Shown: piece after piece, positions 26,301 through 38,224 of the stretch
How the letters are laid out: the number at the start of each line of letters is the position of its first letter
Numbering within the stretch: position 1 is the first letter of the stretch
Notes under the pieces: model-generated
Told to the model about the DNA's origin: nothing
The model's input: the letters and a program-made list of their open reading frames with translations, nothing else
Databases searched by the model: none
Program-made: the position numbers and the translations under genes
From: Macrostomum lignano
Taxonomy: Eukaryota
DNA: 64,000 nucleotides
Assembly (NCBI GenBank): GCA_002269645.1
Contig: NIVC01001916.1
Location: 158,048 to 222,047 of the forward strand
Reading direction: 5' to 3'

Positions 26301-27745
26301 TAGTTCCATATTTTCTAGCTCTATAGTTTCGCCTTTTTGAAAGGTGCTTGAAATGCTGAATTCAATTTTCCAATTTGAAATCCATTTCTAGATTTTGAAT
26401 TGCCTTGGGTTTATAGCTTAAAACCCAAGGGTGAAAAGATTGAAGGGCAGGATGGCGGAAATTGGGGGATGGGCAGGATAGGAAGGAATTGGGGGGTGGG
26501 CAGGATAGGAGGGAATTGGGGGTGGGCAGGATAGGAGGGAATTGGGGGTGGGCAGGATAGGAGGGAATTGGGGGATAGGCAGGATAGGAGGGAATTGGGG
26601 AGGGGCAAAGATGGGAGATAATTGAGAAGCATGATATAAAGGAATTAAGAGAGGGAAAAAGTAAAAATATAATGATTGAGAGAACAGACATAGGTAGAGG
26701 ATAGGCAGACTAGAGTAGATAGGCCTAGGCTAAATGCAATATAAGTATATAATTCATATGACAATAAATATAAAGTAAATACACAACTGAACTAATATTA
26801 ATTAATTTATTCATTAGGAAGGTTATTGGCTTCTTTTTCTTTTTCTATAGCTAGGCCTATACATTTCATAATATTGGCCTACAACAATTATTAGATTGTT
26901 AGACAAGAAGCATAAAATATAATAGGGTCTAAAATAGCTAGCCTATTTTAGACCATATACATTTTATAGACTAATAATTTAGTAGGCCTAGCCTACTCTT
27001 AATAGCTATAGGCCTATTACTAAAATAAAATAACATAGCTAGCTACCTATCATAGGCCTAAAATTGACAAGGCCTTTTGTGTTTCTTTTCATGGTACAAG
27101 TATAGAGTGATATTAAAATAAAGAATACAACTAAGAGCTAAAAAATTATACTAAATACCTGGCAATAAAGAAGAAAAACAAAGTAGATTAAAGCAGAATG
27201 CAATACAAAATGGCCCACATATTGATAAGAAGGCCAATATAAGGCCAATAACTGGGTGAGCCAAGGCCACCTAGCTAGCTAGCCATCAAGCTTTTACTTT
27301 TTTTAAGCCAATTAATATCTGCCTGCAACAGGACCATTTCATCCTTATTGTCATTGTCAAGAGGTCCAAGTAGCTAGTTTATTTTACAATCATTAACCTC
27401 CTAATTAAATTTCATTCAGTCATGTCATACATGGCTTTTTGTGCAAGCTAGGGCGACACATTTCCAAAGTTTTCGACTCTAGACACAAACTGCTTTATTA
27501 GTCTAGGTCTTGAATTCATACATACTAACACAATGCCCTATACTAATTAAATATGTCGAGCCATTATAATATTGGTTGTGCGTAGGCTTTTGAATTGCGC
27601 GCCATAACTGCCCAATACAAGTATATACAGTCCGCTTTTAATCAGAAGGAAAGCATGTTATGCTGGCAGTCGACATGCCATCTACCCTATCTAATCGTAG
27701 AAAACGTTTACCTTTTCTACCGATTAAATCCATGCTGGTCGGGTG
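23330..27745 (-). repeat. Right terminal inverted repeat arm
   Basis: Reverse complement of 14642-19069; differs mainly in repeat-unit counts and small indels; mirrored ORFs (18684-18872 vs 23527-23715) translate identically. Confidence 0.95.
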
Positions 27746-28692
27746 GCTTACATATAACGCTAGCATTTTATTTCAGTTTATGATCGACAGCTTTTAGGTA
27801 AATTTTTACTTCTAAATGTTTAACTCTAGGATTTTACTGTAAGAAATTTATTAAGGAGGAAATAAAACAAAATATTATGACCTTATTGTTTGCCTTGTCC
27901 TGTACTTTTGTTAGCTTGAGTATTTGCATGCAATTTTAAACTCTCTCTTTTCTAAGAAAGCATAAGATAATTATCCGCGTGTTACTTCCGCTATATTTAT
28001 TGAATCAGGTGGCTATCTTATAAATACCAATAGTTTCTTGATTATAATAGGTATAAAAATGACTGCTGTTATAAAAACATTCAATAGTTTTACCATTAAA
28101 CTGTGATTAACTAAATATTTTTAAGTTAAGTTATACATCAGCTGATGGTTTTTTTTCTTGAAAGTTACTTCTTTGAGTTATTAAAAGCTTTTCCTCTTTG
28201 AGGATAGGCTTTTTGAAATTTTCTGAAAATGCTATGCTCCTAAGCGATTAATTCATTAAAGCAGATTTATTTTATAGCAAAGTAGTAATAGTATATCTTG
28301 GAAGAGTTGAAAATAAAAATATAAAAAAACTAGAAGATCCATGTTTTTTTTAGATTCAGTGCTTTTAACTTTTAGTATAAATTTATCTAGTTTTATCTTG
28401 TATATTCTAACTTTTCGCTCAATGATAGACCCTAAATGTAATAATTTTTGCTAAATTAACTATAGTGTCTATATATGAGCAAATTATGCCTTATACTTTA
28501 TGAATACTCTTGAAGCTTACATTACGAGTATATGATCTACTACCCTACTGTAAATAATAAAAATATCTTGCAATAAATTATAAACATAATATACGTTTTT
28601 ATGGTTCATGAATTTTTATTTCAACTTTGATAATTTAATGACACAATTGGCAATTGAAAATATTGCTGTTATTTCTGACTGATAAAAGAAAA

Positions 28693-31600
28693 ATGCCGGG
28701 ATCAAAGAAGCCAAGATCGGTTCGGCTGCTCACAGATCTGGCCGAACAGCTCGATCGACAGTTTGAAGGCGAAACGGCATTGCAGGAGCTCGCTGATTTT
28801 CTTCAGAGCCGCGAGATCCGCGCCGCTGTGGCCGCTCACGAGACTCTCAGACGGATGGAGAAACAGAAACGAAAACTCGGCCGTGGCATCGAGAAGAGCG
28901 CCTTCCCAGAGGCGGCGGGCACGGACTTTATTCAGGCCCTCCGGTCCGCTCTGGACACCCTCGAACCTGCGGCCGCCGGGTCCAACGACGACGCCTGCGA
29001 GCTGTACGACCTGCTGGCGTCCGCTCGGATGAACATCTTTGTGGACGCTCTGGAGGACATCGGACATCGAAATTATAAGGTTTGCCCGATACTCTGCTCC
29101 GTTTGCAGCATTCTTCATCCCTACAGACTTCCTCATCCTCCCATAGCAACAGAATTCATCAACCCTAGCAGCAGGCTTTCTCACCCCTAGAAACAGACTC
29201 CTCATCCCCTCATCCCTTGCAACAGACTTCGTCACCCCCTAGCAACAGACTTCCTCACCTCCTAGCAACAGACTTCCTCATCCCCTCATCCCTAGCAACA
29301 GGCTCCGTCACCCCCTAGCAACAGACTTCCTCACCCCTTAGCAACAGACTCCTCACCCTGAGCCGGCTTCCTCGCCCCTAGCAACAGACCAAATGTCCCA
29401 TCGTCAGGGCGAGCCGCCCCTAGGCCGAGTCTCCAGCCACGATCTGGTCGAGTGCAACGTTGATGAAAGCGAGCAGATGGCGGGCGGGAACCACAGCCTC
29501 CTCCGAGGCGCTGGCGCTCTGTCCGCCAGTCTGGGCGGCGGCTCCGAGCTGATTGGGCAGCCGCCGGACGGTCAGGATTGGCGCGGGTCGCGCGAAGACG
29601 ATTTAGACGAGTTTGGCCGGCCACAGAAGATGATCGCCTTTAGCAAGGTGAGAGGGCAGAGGTGCGAGTGTGGCGCCCCATCTGATGAAATGGCGCCCCT
29701 CAAATAAAAATGGCGCCCCTAGTCAATGAAATGGCGCCCCTACTCAATGAAATGGCGTCCCTACTCAATGAAATGGCGCACCTACTCAATGAAATGGTGC
29801 CCCTACTCAATGAAATGGCGCCCCTACTCAATGAAATGGCGCCCCTACTCAATGAAATGGCGCCCCTACTCCATGAAATGGCGTCCCTACTCAATGAAAT
29901 GGCGCCCCTACTCCATGAAATGGCGTCCCTACTCAATGAAATGGCGCCCCTACTCCATGAAATGGCACCCCTACTTAATGAAATGGCGCCTCTTTGATAA
30001 AACGGCGTCCCTCTGATAAAATGGCGCTCCCAAAATGCTATGCCTTCGATACAACGAATAACAATGAGTGTTGGCCCATACAGTATCGGCTCGGACAAGT
30101 CACTCCACCAGCTTAGGAATCGAACTCATGACCTAAGTCGCCACTGACCATTCCAGGCGCCAGGAGAGGACCTGGGCATCACTGTGGGGACAATCGAATG
30201 GTACGATGAGAACACGGGCCAGAGCGGTCTGGACATTGTGGTAGAGCGCATCATGGCCGGGTCCAGGATCGACCAGCAGAACACCCTGAAGCCCTATGAC
30301 GTCATCAGGGAAGTGAACGGCATCCCGATTGACTCACCAGAGAAGCTGCAACAGGTGATGCGGAAAGCCAGCGGAAATATCACCTTGAAGGTGCGGTCTG
30401 GATTCTACGAAAGCTCCAAGCCTGTACAGGTAATTACGAGTATAATTTACTTTTTTTACTACTGACGAGTAGAACGTATTGAATATTATTAATAGTAGTT
30501 ACAGGAGGGCTGGTTTGACTTTCTAATCGTCAGGCATGCAAACTCTGTGCCTTGGGTGTACGTTGGCCCCTTGTTAAGTTGGCACGTTAATTGCACGAGC
30601 AGAGCCAAGCCGAGATTCCAATTTAGCCCCAAATTGATGTGACTGCACTTGGAATCGAGCCTGGGACGCTGGTACATCAGAGCGCCGCGCCTGACCACTG
30701 GGCTACGGTCCCCCTATGCTGTAATTGCTCCTTAATATCCTCTAATTACTTACTTAATGACAATAAACATTTATTTCATACTCTCTACTCATAGTATCTA
30801 ATCTGAACAGTATCTAATTAATTATAACATACGAGTATTGGTACTTCAACCGTTAATTCTAACCCATGCAATTCCAGGAAGCATTCGTAAGTCTATTATG
30901 TCAGTTGTTGATTTTTTATTCTATAACTTTTTTAAGCACAAAATTATTTCACTACTCTGCAATTGTTCTTTCATTGATCGTTATGCACTACTATAAGCAT
31001 GATTTTTAGTAGTCTGTTGCGAATCTGCCATCTGGAATTTAAAATTACCAGTAGAAGATATTTTATTTAGTAGAAAAATCCAATCTGAAAAAAAATACTG
31101 TTCCAGAAATATCTTGCCTGTGGCACTAAATGTGGCGCTAAATCGGCGCTCATTTGGTGCTAATGTGGCGCTAAATCGGCGTTCAATTGGCGCTAAATCT
31201 GCGCTAAATCGGCGTTCAATTGCCGCTAAATCGGCGCTAAATCGGTGCTAAATCGGCGCTCATATGGCGCTAAACCGGTGCTTATGTGGCGCTAAATCGG
31301 CGCTCATGTGGCGCTAAACCCATGCTCATGTGGCGCTAAATCGGAACTAAACTGGCGCTAAATTGAAGCTAAAGTAAATTTGACAGAAATAAACAAGCAT
31401 TTGATAAAAATCAAAAATAATCTTTCCTAAAAAAACCCTACAGACCTACGTGAAGGCGCTGTTCTCCTACGACCCTCAATACGACGGCCTGCTCCCGTGT
31501 CGCGAGGCTGGCCTGAAGTTCACCGTTGGCGACGTGCTGCAAGTGCTGTCGCAGGAGGACCCGAACTGGTGGCAGGCGCGGCTGTGGAGCAGCCAGGGCA

Positions 31601-34600
31601 GAGCCGGCCTCATCCCCTCCCTGACTCTGCAGGAGCGGCGGGTTGCCTTCGTCCAGTCAGCCCCGGATAAGGACGCCATCAACTACAAGGTGGGAGACGT
31701 GCTGTGTGGGGCTGTGTCCCAAGCTGTGTGGGGCTGTGTCCCAAGCTGTATGGGGCTGTGTCCCAAGCTGCATTGGGCTGTGTCCCAAGCTGTGTGGGGC
31801 TGTGTCCCAAGCTGCATTGGGCTGTGTCCCAAGCTGTGTGGGGCTGTGTCCCAAGCTGTGTGGGGCTGTGTCCCAAGCTGCATTGGGCTGTGTCCCAAGC
31901 TGTGTGGGGCTGTGTCCCAAGCTGCATTGGGCTGTGTCCCAAGCTGTGTGGGGCTGTGTCCCAAGCTGTGTGGGGCTGTGTCCCAAGCTGTGTGGGGCTG
32001 TGTCCCAAGCTGTGTGGGGCTGTGTCCCAAGCTGTGTGGGGGCTGTGTCCCAAGCTGTGTGGGGCTGTGTCCCAAACTGTGTGGGGCTGTGTCCCAAGCT
32101 GTGTGGGGCTGTGTCCCAAGCTGTATGGGGCTGTGTCCCAAGCTGCATTGGGCTGTGTCCCAAGCTGTGTGGGGCTGTGTCCCAAGCTGCATTGGGCTGT
32201 GTCCCAAGCTGTGTGGGGCTGTGTCCCAAACTGTGTGGGGCTGTGTCCCAAGCTGTGTGGGGCTGTGTCCCAAGCTGTGTGGGGCAGTGTCCCAAGCTGC
32301 ATTGGGCTGTGTCCCAAGCTGTGTGGGAGCTGTGTCCCAAGCTGTATGGGGCTGTGTCCCAAGCTGTGTGGGGCTGTGTCCCAAGCTGTGTGGGGCTGTG
32401 TCCCAAGCTGTGTGGGGCTGTGTCTCGAGCTGCTGTATGGGGGCCGTGTCCCAAACTGATATATTGGGGCCAGCACCAGGGGCGCCAGCACCAGGGGCGC
32501 CAGCACCAGGGGTGCCAGCACCAGGGGCGCCAGCACCAGGGGCGCCAGCACCAGGGGCGCCAGCACCAGGGGCGCCAGCACCAGGGGCGCCGGCACCAGG
32601 GGCGCCAGCACCAGGGGCGCCAGCACCAGGGGCGCCAGCACCAGGGGCGCCAGCACCAGGGGCGCCAGCACCAGGGGCGCCAGCACCAGGGGCGCCAGCA
32701 CCAGGGGCGCCAGCACCAGGGGCGCCAGCACCAGGGGCGCCAGCACCAGGGGCGCCAGCACCAGGGGCGCCAGCACCAGGGGCGCCAGCACCAGGGGCGC
32801 CAGCACCAGGGGCGCCAGCACCAGGGGCGCCAGCACCAGGGGCGCCAGCACCAGGGGCGCCAGCACCAGGGGCTATTCTGCTCTAATTCGTTTGGAGAAG
32901 ACGGAGTAAAAAAGTAAATAAGTAGAACACACATGTCGCACTCTGACAGGTCATGGGTCTCGGACTTACCAGCAAGAAAAGAAAAGTCAAAATGTCCTAC
33001 AAGGCCAAGTTGTCGCAAACGTACGAGAAGTCGGACCTGACCATCTACCAGGAAGTGGCTCGGGTGCCGCCATTTAAGCGGTCTCTTGTGCTGTTGCTGG
33101 GCGCTCCAGGGATTGGCAAATACTCGCTTATTGATCAGCTGATCAGGTAAGGTTGTCAGCACTCTTTCAATTTTCACAAATCGGCACTGATTGGTCAGCT
33201 GTAGCCTCGCACCACCCCACTCCTCGCTGATTGGCCAGCGGTAGCCTCACACCCACCCCACTCCTCGCTGATTGGCCATCTGTAGCCTTGCACACACCCC
33301 ACTCCGCGCTGATTGGCCAGCTGTAGCCTCACACCTACCCCACTCCTCGCTGATTGGCCAGCTGTAGACTCACACCCACCCCACTTCTCGCTGATTGGCC
33401 AGCTGTAGCCCTGCACCCACCCCACTCCGCGCTGGTTGGCCAGCTGTAGCCTCATACCCACCCCACTCCGCGCTGATTAGCCAGCTGTAGCCTTACACCC
33501 CACTCCGCGCAATTTTATACACCTGTCAGACAGAGACCGGAAGAGTTCGCCAGGCCAATTCCGCACACCAGCCGACCTCAGAGAGACGGAGAGTTGAACG
33601 GCGAGAAATACCTGTTCGCTGGGCAGTCCGAAATGGAGGTGGACATTCGGCGTGGCGGCTACCTGGAACACGGACAGCTCAATGGCCACCTGTATGGGAT
33701 TAAGATGGACACGCTGAGGTCAATGGCTAAGCAGGTGAGGACAACAGAGCAGAAAGTCAAAGTGCCGCTGTGCACCCTGTGTGAGCGTGTGTATGAGTGT
33801 GCGTGCCTGCGGACAGTGTTGGTGCGGTTGTATGTGGAGTCAGCGGAATGGCAAGGTGTTGCACCAGGGTGCCCACAGCGGATATTATGAGTAATTTTTT
33901 TTATAACCCCGCAGGACCGAACCCTAATCCTCGACTGCGCCCCAGAAAAGGCCCGGCTGGTGTGCACAGCGGAGTTCAAACCCTACGTTGTGTTCGTGGC
34001 AGCCCCGAGCTTCGAGTGCATGAAGTCAATGTACGAGCTGGGCTCGTCTCTCGGACTCACGCGAAAGCTGAAGCGGGTGAGCTCGTTATTTACGAGCTGA
34101 GTTTATAGATGAACGTGCAATCTGACGAGTTCCTAGGATTTTGACTGTGATTTTTTTTCGATTGGGGATTTGAAATTGTTATTGAGATTTGTGTATTTTG
34201 AAAAATAGATTTTTTATTTTAATTTGGGATGTCTGGCTTTTGGTTTGGGATTTTTTAAGATTTTAAGTTGGCATTTTTTAAGATTTTGAGTGGGGATTTT
34301 AGTTTTTTGATTTGGAATTTTGGGATCATGATTTGGGATTTGTGGGATTTTGATTTGGGATTTTGATTTGTGATTTTTTTGGAATTTTAATTTTGGATTT
34401 TCGGGAATTCGATTTGGGATTGTTGGAAATTTTGGTTTGGGATTTTTTGGGATTTTGATTTGGGATTTAGGGATTTTGATTTGGGGTTCTTGAAGTTTAA
34501 TTTTTGGCTTTTTGCCTTTTTATTATGGATTTTCAGGCTAAAGACTTAAGTGGTTCTACGTGCTAAAGAGAAAAAATATGATTGTTCGAACCGAATTCCC

Positions 34601-34783
34601 CGGCAGGATGAGGACTTTCGCCGCTCCATCCAGGAGTCAATTCGAATCGAGCGCTCCTACAGACACCTGTTCAATGCCGTGCTCATCTGCGACAACTTTG
34701 ACGCCTGCTGTGAGCAGCTGGAGACCCTGCTGGACTCGCTGAGCAGGGAGCACCAGTGGCTGCCCGTCAGCTGGCTGTATTGA
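28693..34783 (+). CDS. p55/MPP-subfamily MAGUK scaffold (L27-PDZ-SH3-HOOK-GK), ~648 aa
   Basis: Exons 28693-29079, 29348-29647, 30157-30429, 31444-31689, 32950-33146, 33530-33734, 33915-34076, 34607-34783, all phases consistent. SH3 YVKALFSYDP..LPCREAGLKF..GDVLQVLSQEDPNWWQA; GK LGAPGIGK, PHTSRP, YLEHG..NGHLYG; C-terminus QWLPVSWLY typical of MPP proteins. Confidence 0.95.
29140..29390 (+). repeat. ~22-bp degenerate array carrying repeated 3' splice site CCCTAGCAACAG|ACT
   Basis: About 9 copies across the end of MAGUK intron 1 and the start of exon 2. Confidence 0.85.
29690..29995. repeat. 21-bp minisatellite AATGAAATGGCGCCCCTACTC
   Basis: MAGUK intron 2. Confidence 0.93.
30490..30714 (-). 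mobile_element. tRNA-derived SINE
   Basis: Minus strand reads GGGGGACCGTAGCCCAGTGGTCAGG (A box TAGCCCAGTGG) ... GGCTCGATTCC (B-box-like), then a non-tRNA body and an AT-rich tail; in MAGUK intron 3. Confidence 0.7.
31110..31370. repeat. Degenerate GGCGCTAAATC array
   Basis: MAGUK intron 3; motif resembles the satellite at 46415-49790. Confidence 0.85.
31700..32872. repeat. Compound minisatellite: 22-bp GGGGCTGTGTCCCAAGCTGTGT then 15-bp CCAGCACCAGGGGCG
   Basis: MAGUK intron 4; source of long repeat-derived ORFs. Confidence 0.96.
33190..33505. repeat. 41-bp CCAAT-containing minisatellite; inverted sister array at 35925-36200
   Basis: Unit GATTGGCCAGCTGTAGCCTCACACCCACCCCACTCCGCGCT; its reverse complement is at 35925-36200. 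Confidence 0.9.
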
Positions 34784-37024
34784 GCTGCCGTGATTGCTTT
34801 GTTGCCATGGTGACCGAAATTTCATGGCTGTTGACTTCTCGTTGAGATTTTTACTTTGCATAGAAAAACGTGCTGCAGAATGTTGTGGGCCTTGACATTT
34901 TATGATTTGACTTCTCTGTTTGAAACTGGCTTAGCGGTGTGCTCTGCCCTCTAACCTCACCCTCCTCTCCCTCTCCCTCTTCCTCTCCACCTCCCTCTCC
35001 ACCCCCTCTCCCTCTCCATCTCCCTCTCACTTTCCCTCTCCCTCTCTTCTCCCTCTCACCCTCATTCTCTTCTCCCTCTCCATTTCCCTCGCCCTCTTCC
35101 TCTCCCTCTCACTCTCCCTCTGTTCTCCCTCTCACTTTCCATCTCCCTCTCACTCTCCCTCTCTCCTCCCTCTCACTCTCCCTCTCTTCTACCTCTCACC
35201 CTCCCTCTCTTCTCCCTCTCCATCTCTCTTCTTTACATCTCCCATCTGTCCATCTCCCTCTCACTCTTTCTTCCCCTCTCTCTCTCTCTATGTGTGCTTC
35301 ATTTTCGATTTTTTACTATCGTTAGTTTAAAGTCAAGTACTTCTTCGAGTGCAACTTCTTTGAATCATGTTACAAGTAAGATAGATTTACAATCTGATAT
35401 AATTACACCTTCACTTGATTCTTCATGCTTTCATTATAAACATTTAACATTCCGTAGTTTTTATCATATAGTTTCGCAATTTATGATTAAATTTTGATGT
35501 ATTTTCCATTGCAATAACAAATTTATGAACGTAAAAAGTAGAAAACTATCTTTCAACACATCGGAAATGGGTTGTCAAGTTTTACAATTCCTGTTTTACC
35601 AAATTTTCATCTTTTTTAGCTATTCAATATTTTTAGATGTTCAAAATTGTAGTTATCAAAGTTTTTTAATCAACTGTAAAAAGGATTTATTGATTTTTAC
35701 GATCGATATTTTTTCTTGCATTCCAATAATACTGTCTGTGTCCTCCAGTGCAATAAAATAATTTTAACTTTTTGGTCACAATTTTAATGACCTGATCCCT
35801 GCGCGCGAAACACTGAATTCAGAGTATTTTATTTGCTACAAAAGTCTCAAGCTTACACTAAGAGTAACAATTAATTAACAAGTAGGAAGATGCGCAAGTA
35901 CAATATGTCCTTTAAACGAAGTGGGTGGGTGTGAGGTTTCAGTTGGCCAATCAGCGCCGAGTGGGGTGGGTGTGAGGCTAAAGCTGGCTAATCAGCGAGG
36001 AGTGGGCGGGGTGTGAGGCTACAGCTGGCCAATCAGCGCGGAGTGGGGTGGGTGTGAGGTTTCAGCTGGCCAATCAGCGCGGAGTGGGTGGGTGAGATTT
36101 CAGCTGGCCAATCAGCGCGGAGTGGGGTGGGTGTGAGGCGACAGCTGGCCAATCAGCGCGGAGTGGGGTGGGTGTGAGGCGACAGCTGGCCAATCAAAGA
36201 GTGCCTTGTATTCGAAAGTAGCCATGCATTCAAGCCAGGAACACTACCAGATGCTCAGCGGCTTGGCCATAGACATTCCAATTGTCTTCTTGTGGGTTGG
36301 AGAGAATTCCGGGGCTGGCGGGCAGCCGGGCCCAGTCAGCAGGTTGGTTGGTTGATTGGTTGTGAATCTTGTATATGGATTGCTTCCAATCCATGATAAG
36401 ACAAATCCAGTGACAAATTCGTCCAGTTCAAAGTTTCGAGCAAATGTACTTCAGTATACTTTCTAAGAAAAAGTCGCATAGAAACTGCACATTGCATATC
36501 AGCTTTATATCAGAAACAGCGCAATAGGATGCGATTCAATAAAACAACTATTCAAAACTTCTTTAGCACAAGCAATAGAAATCGGTAGCGAAGCTGTAAG
36601 TACAAGTACATACGCAGGGGGCATTGGCTAGAAATTGCTACAAAAGAACCCAAGCACCGGGGAAACCAAAATCCGGGCTGACTGTAAAGTGCTGGGTCCG
36701 GAACCTCGCAACTACAAAATATTTCTAAATTTTAAATAATTCAATAAAGAGCAGTTCGCACTTATTACAGGTATAGTTTTGGAAACGCGCTCAATAAAAA
36801 ATAGGAATTGTTTCGGCACAAGTTATGAATATGTGCATCATATAGACAGGCGTCGAGTTTGCAATACGAGCCTACGCGTTAATACGATGAAGGGTAAGGC
36901 ATCTGAGTTTTCTGGCGCCAGCAGAAAAGTGCTTTCGCGGGCGCCTATCCGAGACGGTCAGCTTTGCTTGTGCGAAATAAGTTGCTTTATAAGTTTTTTA
37001 AAGAAAATGTTCAAACACTTCCTG

Positions 37025-38224
37025 TCAGTTGTAAACTGCATCGGCTGGGGACGTCTCCACCCGCAGCCCGGAGCCGTACACTCCGCTGTCGCTGGTGCCC
37101 GACGGTGATGCCTCCGCCTGCTTTGACGGCTGCTTCTTCGATTCGGACTGGATAGTGTTGCTGCTGGCGCTGCTGCAGCAGTCCATCTGCAGATCCGTGT
37201 CATCGATGTAGCAATAGGTGTGCTGCTCGGCGCCTGCCGGGTCGTACAAGGCGTACACTTGCGGGTCGCTGCTGGTTGAAGAGGTCGGCCGCAGCGGCTG
37301 CGAGATCGGCGGCGGTGGCGGAGGCGGTGGAGGCGGGGGTGGTGGCGGCGGCGGCGTCGGAGTCGGTGGCAGCGGGTCCAGGTAGAAGCGGTGCTGCAGC
37401 GGCCCAGCTGGAGTTCGACAAGCGGCAGCTGCGGAGTCGCTCTCGCCGCTCTCGTCCGATCCGCGCTCGCCGATGGCGCAGGCGGCGAACACGTGCAGCA
37501 GGCTACGCATCGGCTGCTGCGGCTGCAGCTGCGGCTGTTGAGATCGGCGACCTCGTTGGCGCTGTTGCGGAGTTTTTGGCCGCCCAGCCGACGAGTTCGT
37601 CGTCGTTGTGGTGGTTTTCGTAGATGACTTGGTCGTCGCGGCTGCGGTTGACTGCGGCGAGAACGAAAACTTCCGACCAGCCGTGGCGGCCGTGGGGGTG
37701 TTCGGCACGGAGCTGTGCTTGCTGGCTGCTGGCAGCTGTTTCGACAGTCGGCGAACACTTTTCGGCGTTAGAGAGGTGACTGCTTCTCTGAGGGTGACCG
37801 CGGCGGAGCTGACCGCGACAGTTGGACTGCCGGGCAGCTGCGCGGGCGGCTGTGTCGTGGTCGTAGTCGTCGTGGTCGTAGTCTTGACCGTCATTGTGGT
37901 CGAGGATGATTTCGGCGTCATTAGAGGCGGCACCTGCTGCGGCGGGGGCAACGGCAGCTGCGGCGGGGGCGTCTGCGATGGCTCCGAGTCCGGGCCGGGC
38001 GAGGACGAGTCGGAGTGCACCTGCTTCTGCTCCTCGATCCAGCTGGACAGGATGGCCGCGGCCTCCTGCTTCTCGAGTGCGCCGGCTCTGGTTGCGGATT
38101 CGAGCAGGTCCACCACCACGCTGGCTCGGTGCGGGTCGAGGCTCATTGAGTCCGGCTGTCTGGGCTGCGGTGTCGCTAGCTGACTGAACAGCTGGGTGGT
38201 GACAGTTTCGGCTGAATCTGTCAT
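37025..38224 (-). CDS. Low-complexity Ser/Thr/Pro/Gln-rich protein (399 aa), possibly a signalling-adaptor tail
   Basis: Uninterrupted GC-rich ORF with poly-T and poly-P tracts, Tyr motifs (YALYD, YCYID) and a short N-terminal amphipathic segment. May be a terminal exon (CTCAG lies just upstream of the ATG). Confidence 0.7.
   Translation of the reverse strand: MTDSAETVTTQLFSQLATPQPRQPDSMSLDPHRASVVVDLLESATRAGALEKQEAAAILSSWIEEQKQVHSDSSSPGPDSEPSQTPPPQLPLPPPQQVPPLMTPKSSSTTMTVKTTTTTTTTTTQPPAQLPGSPTVAVSSAAVTLREAVTSLTPKSVRRLSKQLPAASKHSSVPNTPTAATAGRKFSFSPQSTAAATTKSSTKTTTTTTNSSAGRPKTPQQRQRGRRSQQPQLQPQQPMRSLLHVFAACAIGERGSDESGESDSAAAACRTPAGPLQHRFYLDPLPPTPTPPPPPPPPPPPPPPPPISQPLRPTSSTSSDPQVYALYDPAGAEQHTYCYIDDTDLQMDCCSSASSNTIQSESKKQPSKQAEASPSGTSDSGVYGSGLRVETSPADAVYN

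Larger units (their letters stand above)
14642..27745. mobile_element. Giant foldback-type DNA element, 13.1 kb, ~4.4-kb TIRs, 8-bp TSD, non-autonomous
   Basis: Starts CACCCGACCAGCATGG and ends CCATGCTGGTCGGGTG; GCTTACAT is duplicated at 14634-14641 and 27746-27753; arms 14642-19069 and 23330-27745 are reverse complements. Confidence 0.92.

Noticed and set aside
14642-27745. Giant inverted repeat as a long-read fold-back artefact
   Set aside because: The perfect 8-bp TSD, the unique 4.26-kb spacer and differing repeat counts between arms argue for a real insertion; read-level confirmation is still advisable.
30490-30714. Possible tRNA gene
   Set aside because: A and B boxes are present, but there is no coherent cloverleaf or acceptor stem and a non-tRNA body follows; called as a SINE.
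31450-33177. Collagen-like or Cys-rich long ORFs (PGAPA, GCVPSC repeats)
   Set aside because: Read-through from the SH3 exon into intronic 22-bp and 15-bp arrays; the MAGUK splices around them in phase.
36232-36396. 54-aa minus-strand ORF (MDWKQSIY..) as an extra exon of the 37025-38224 gene
   Set aside because: No credible donor/acceptor pair links them.
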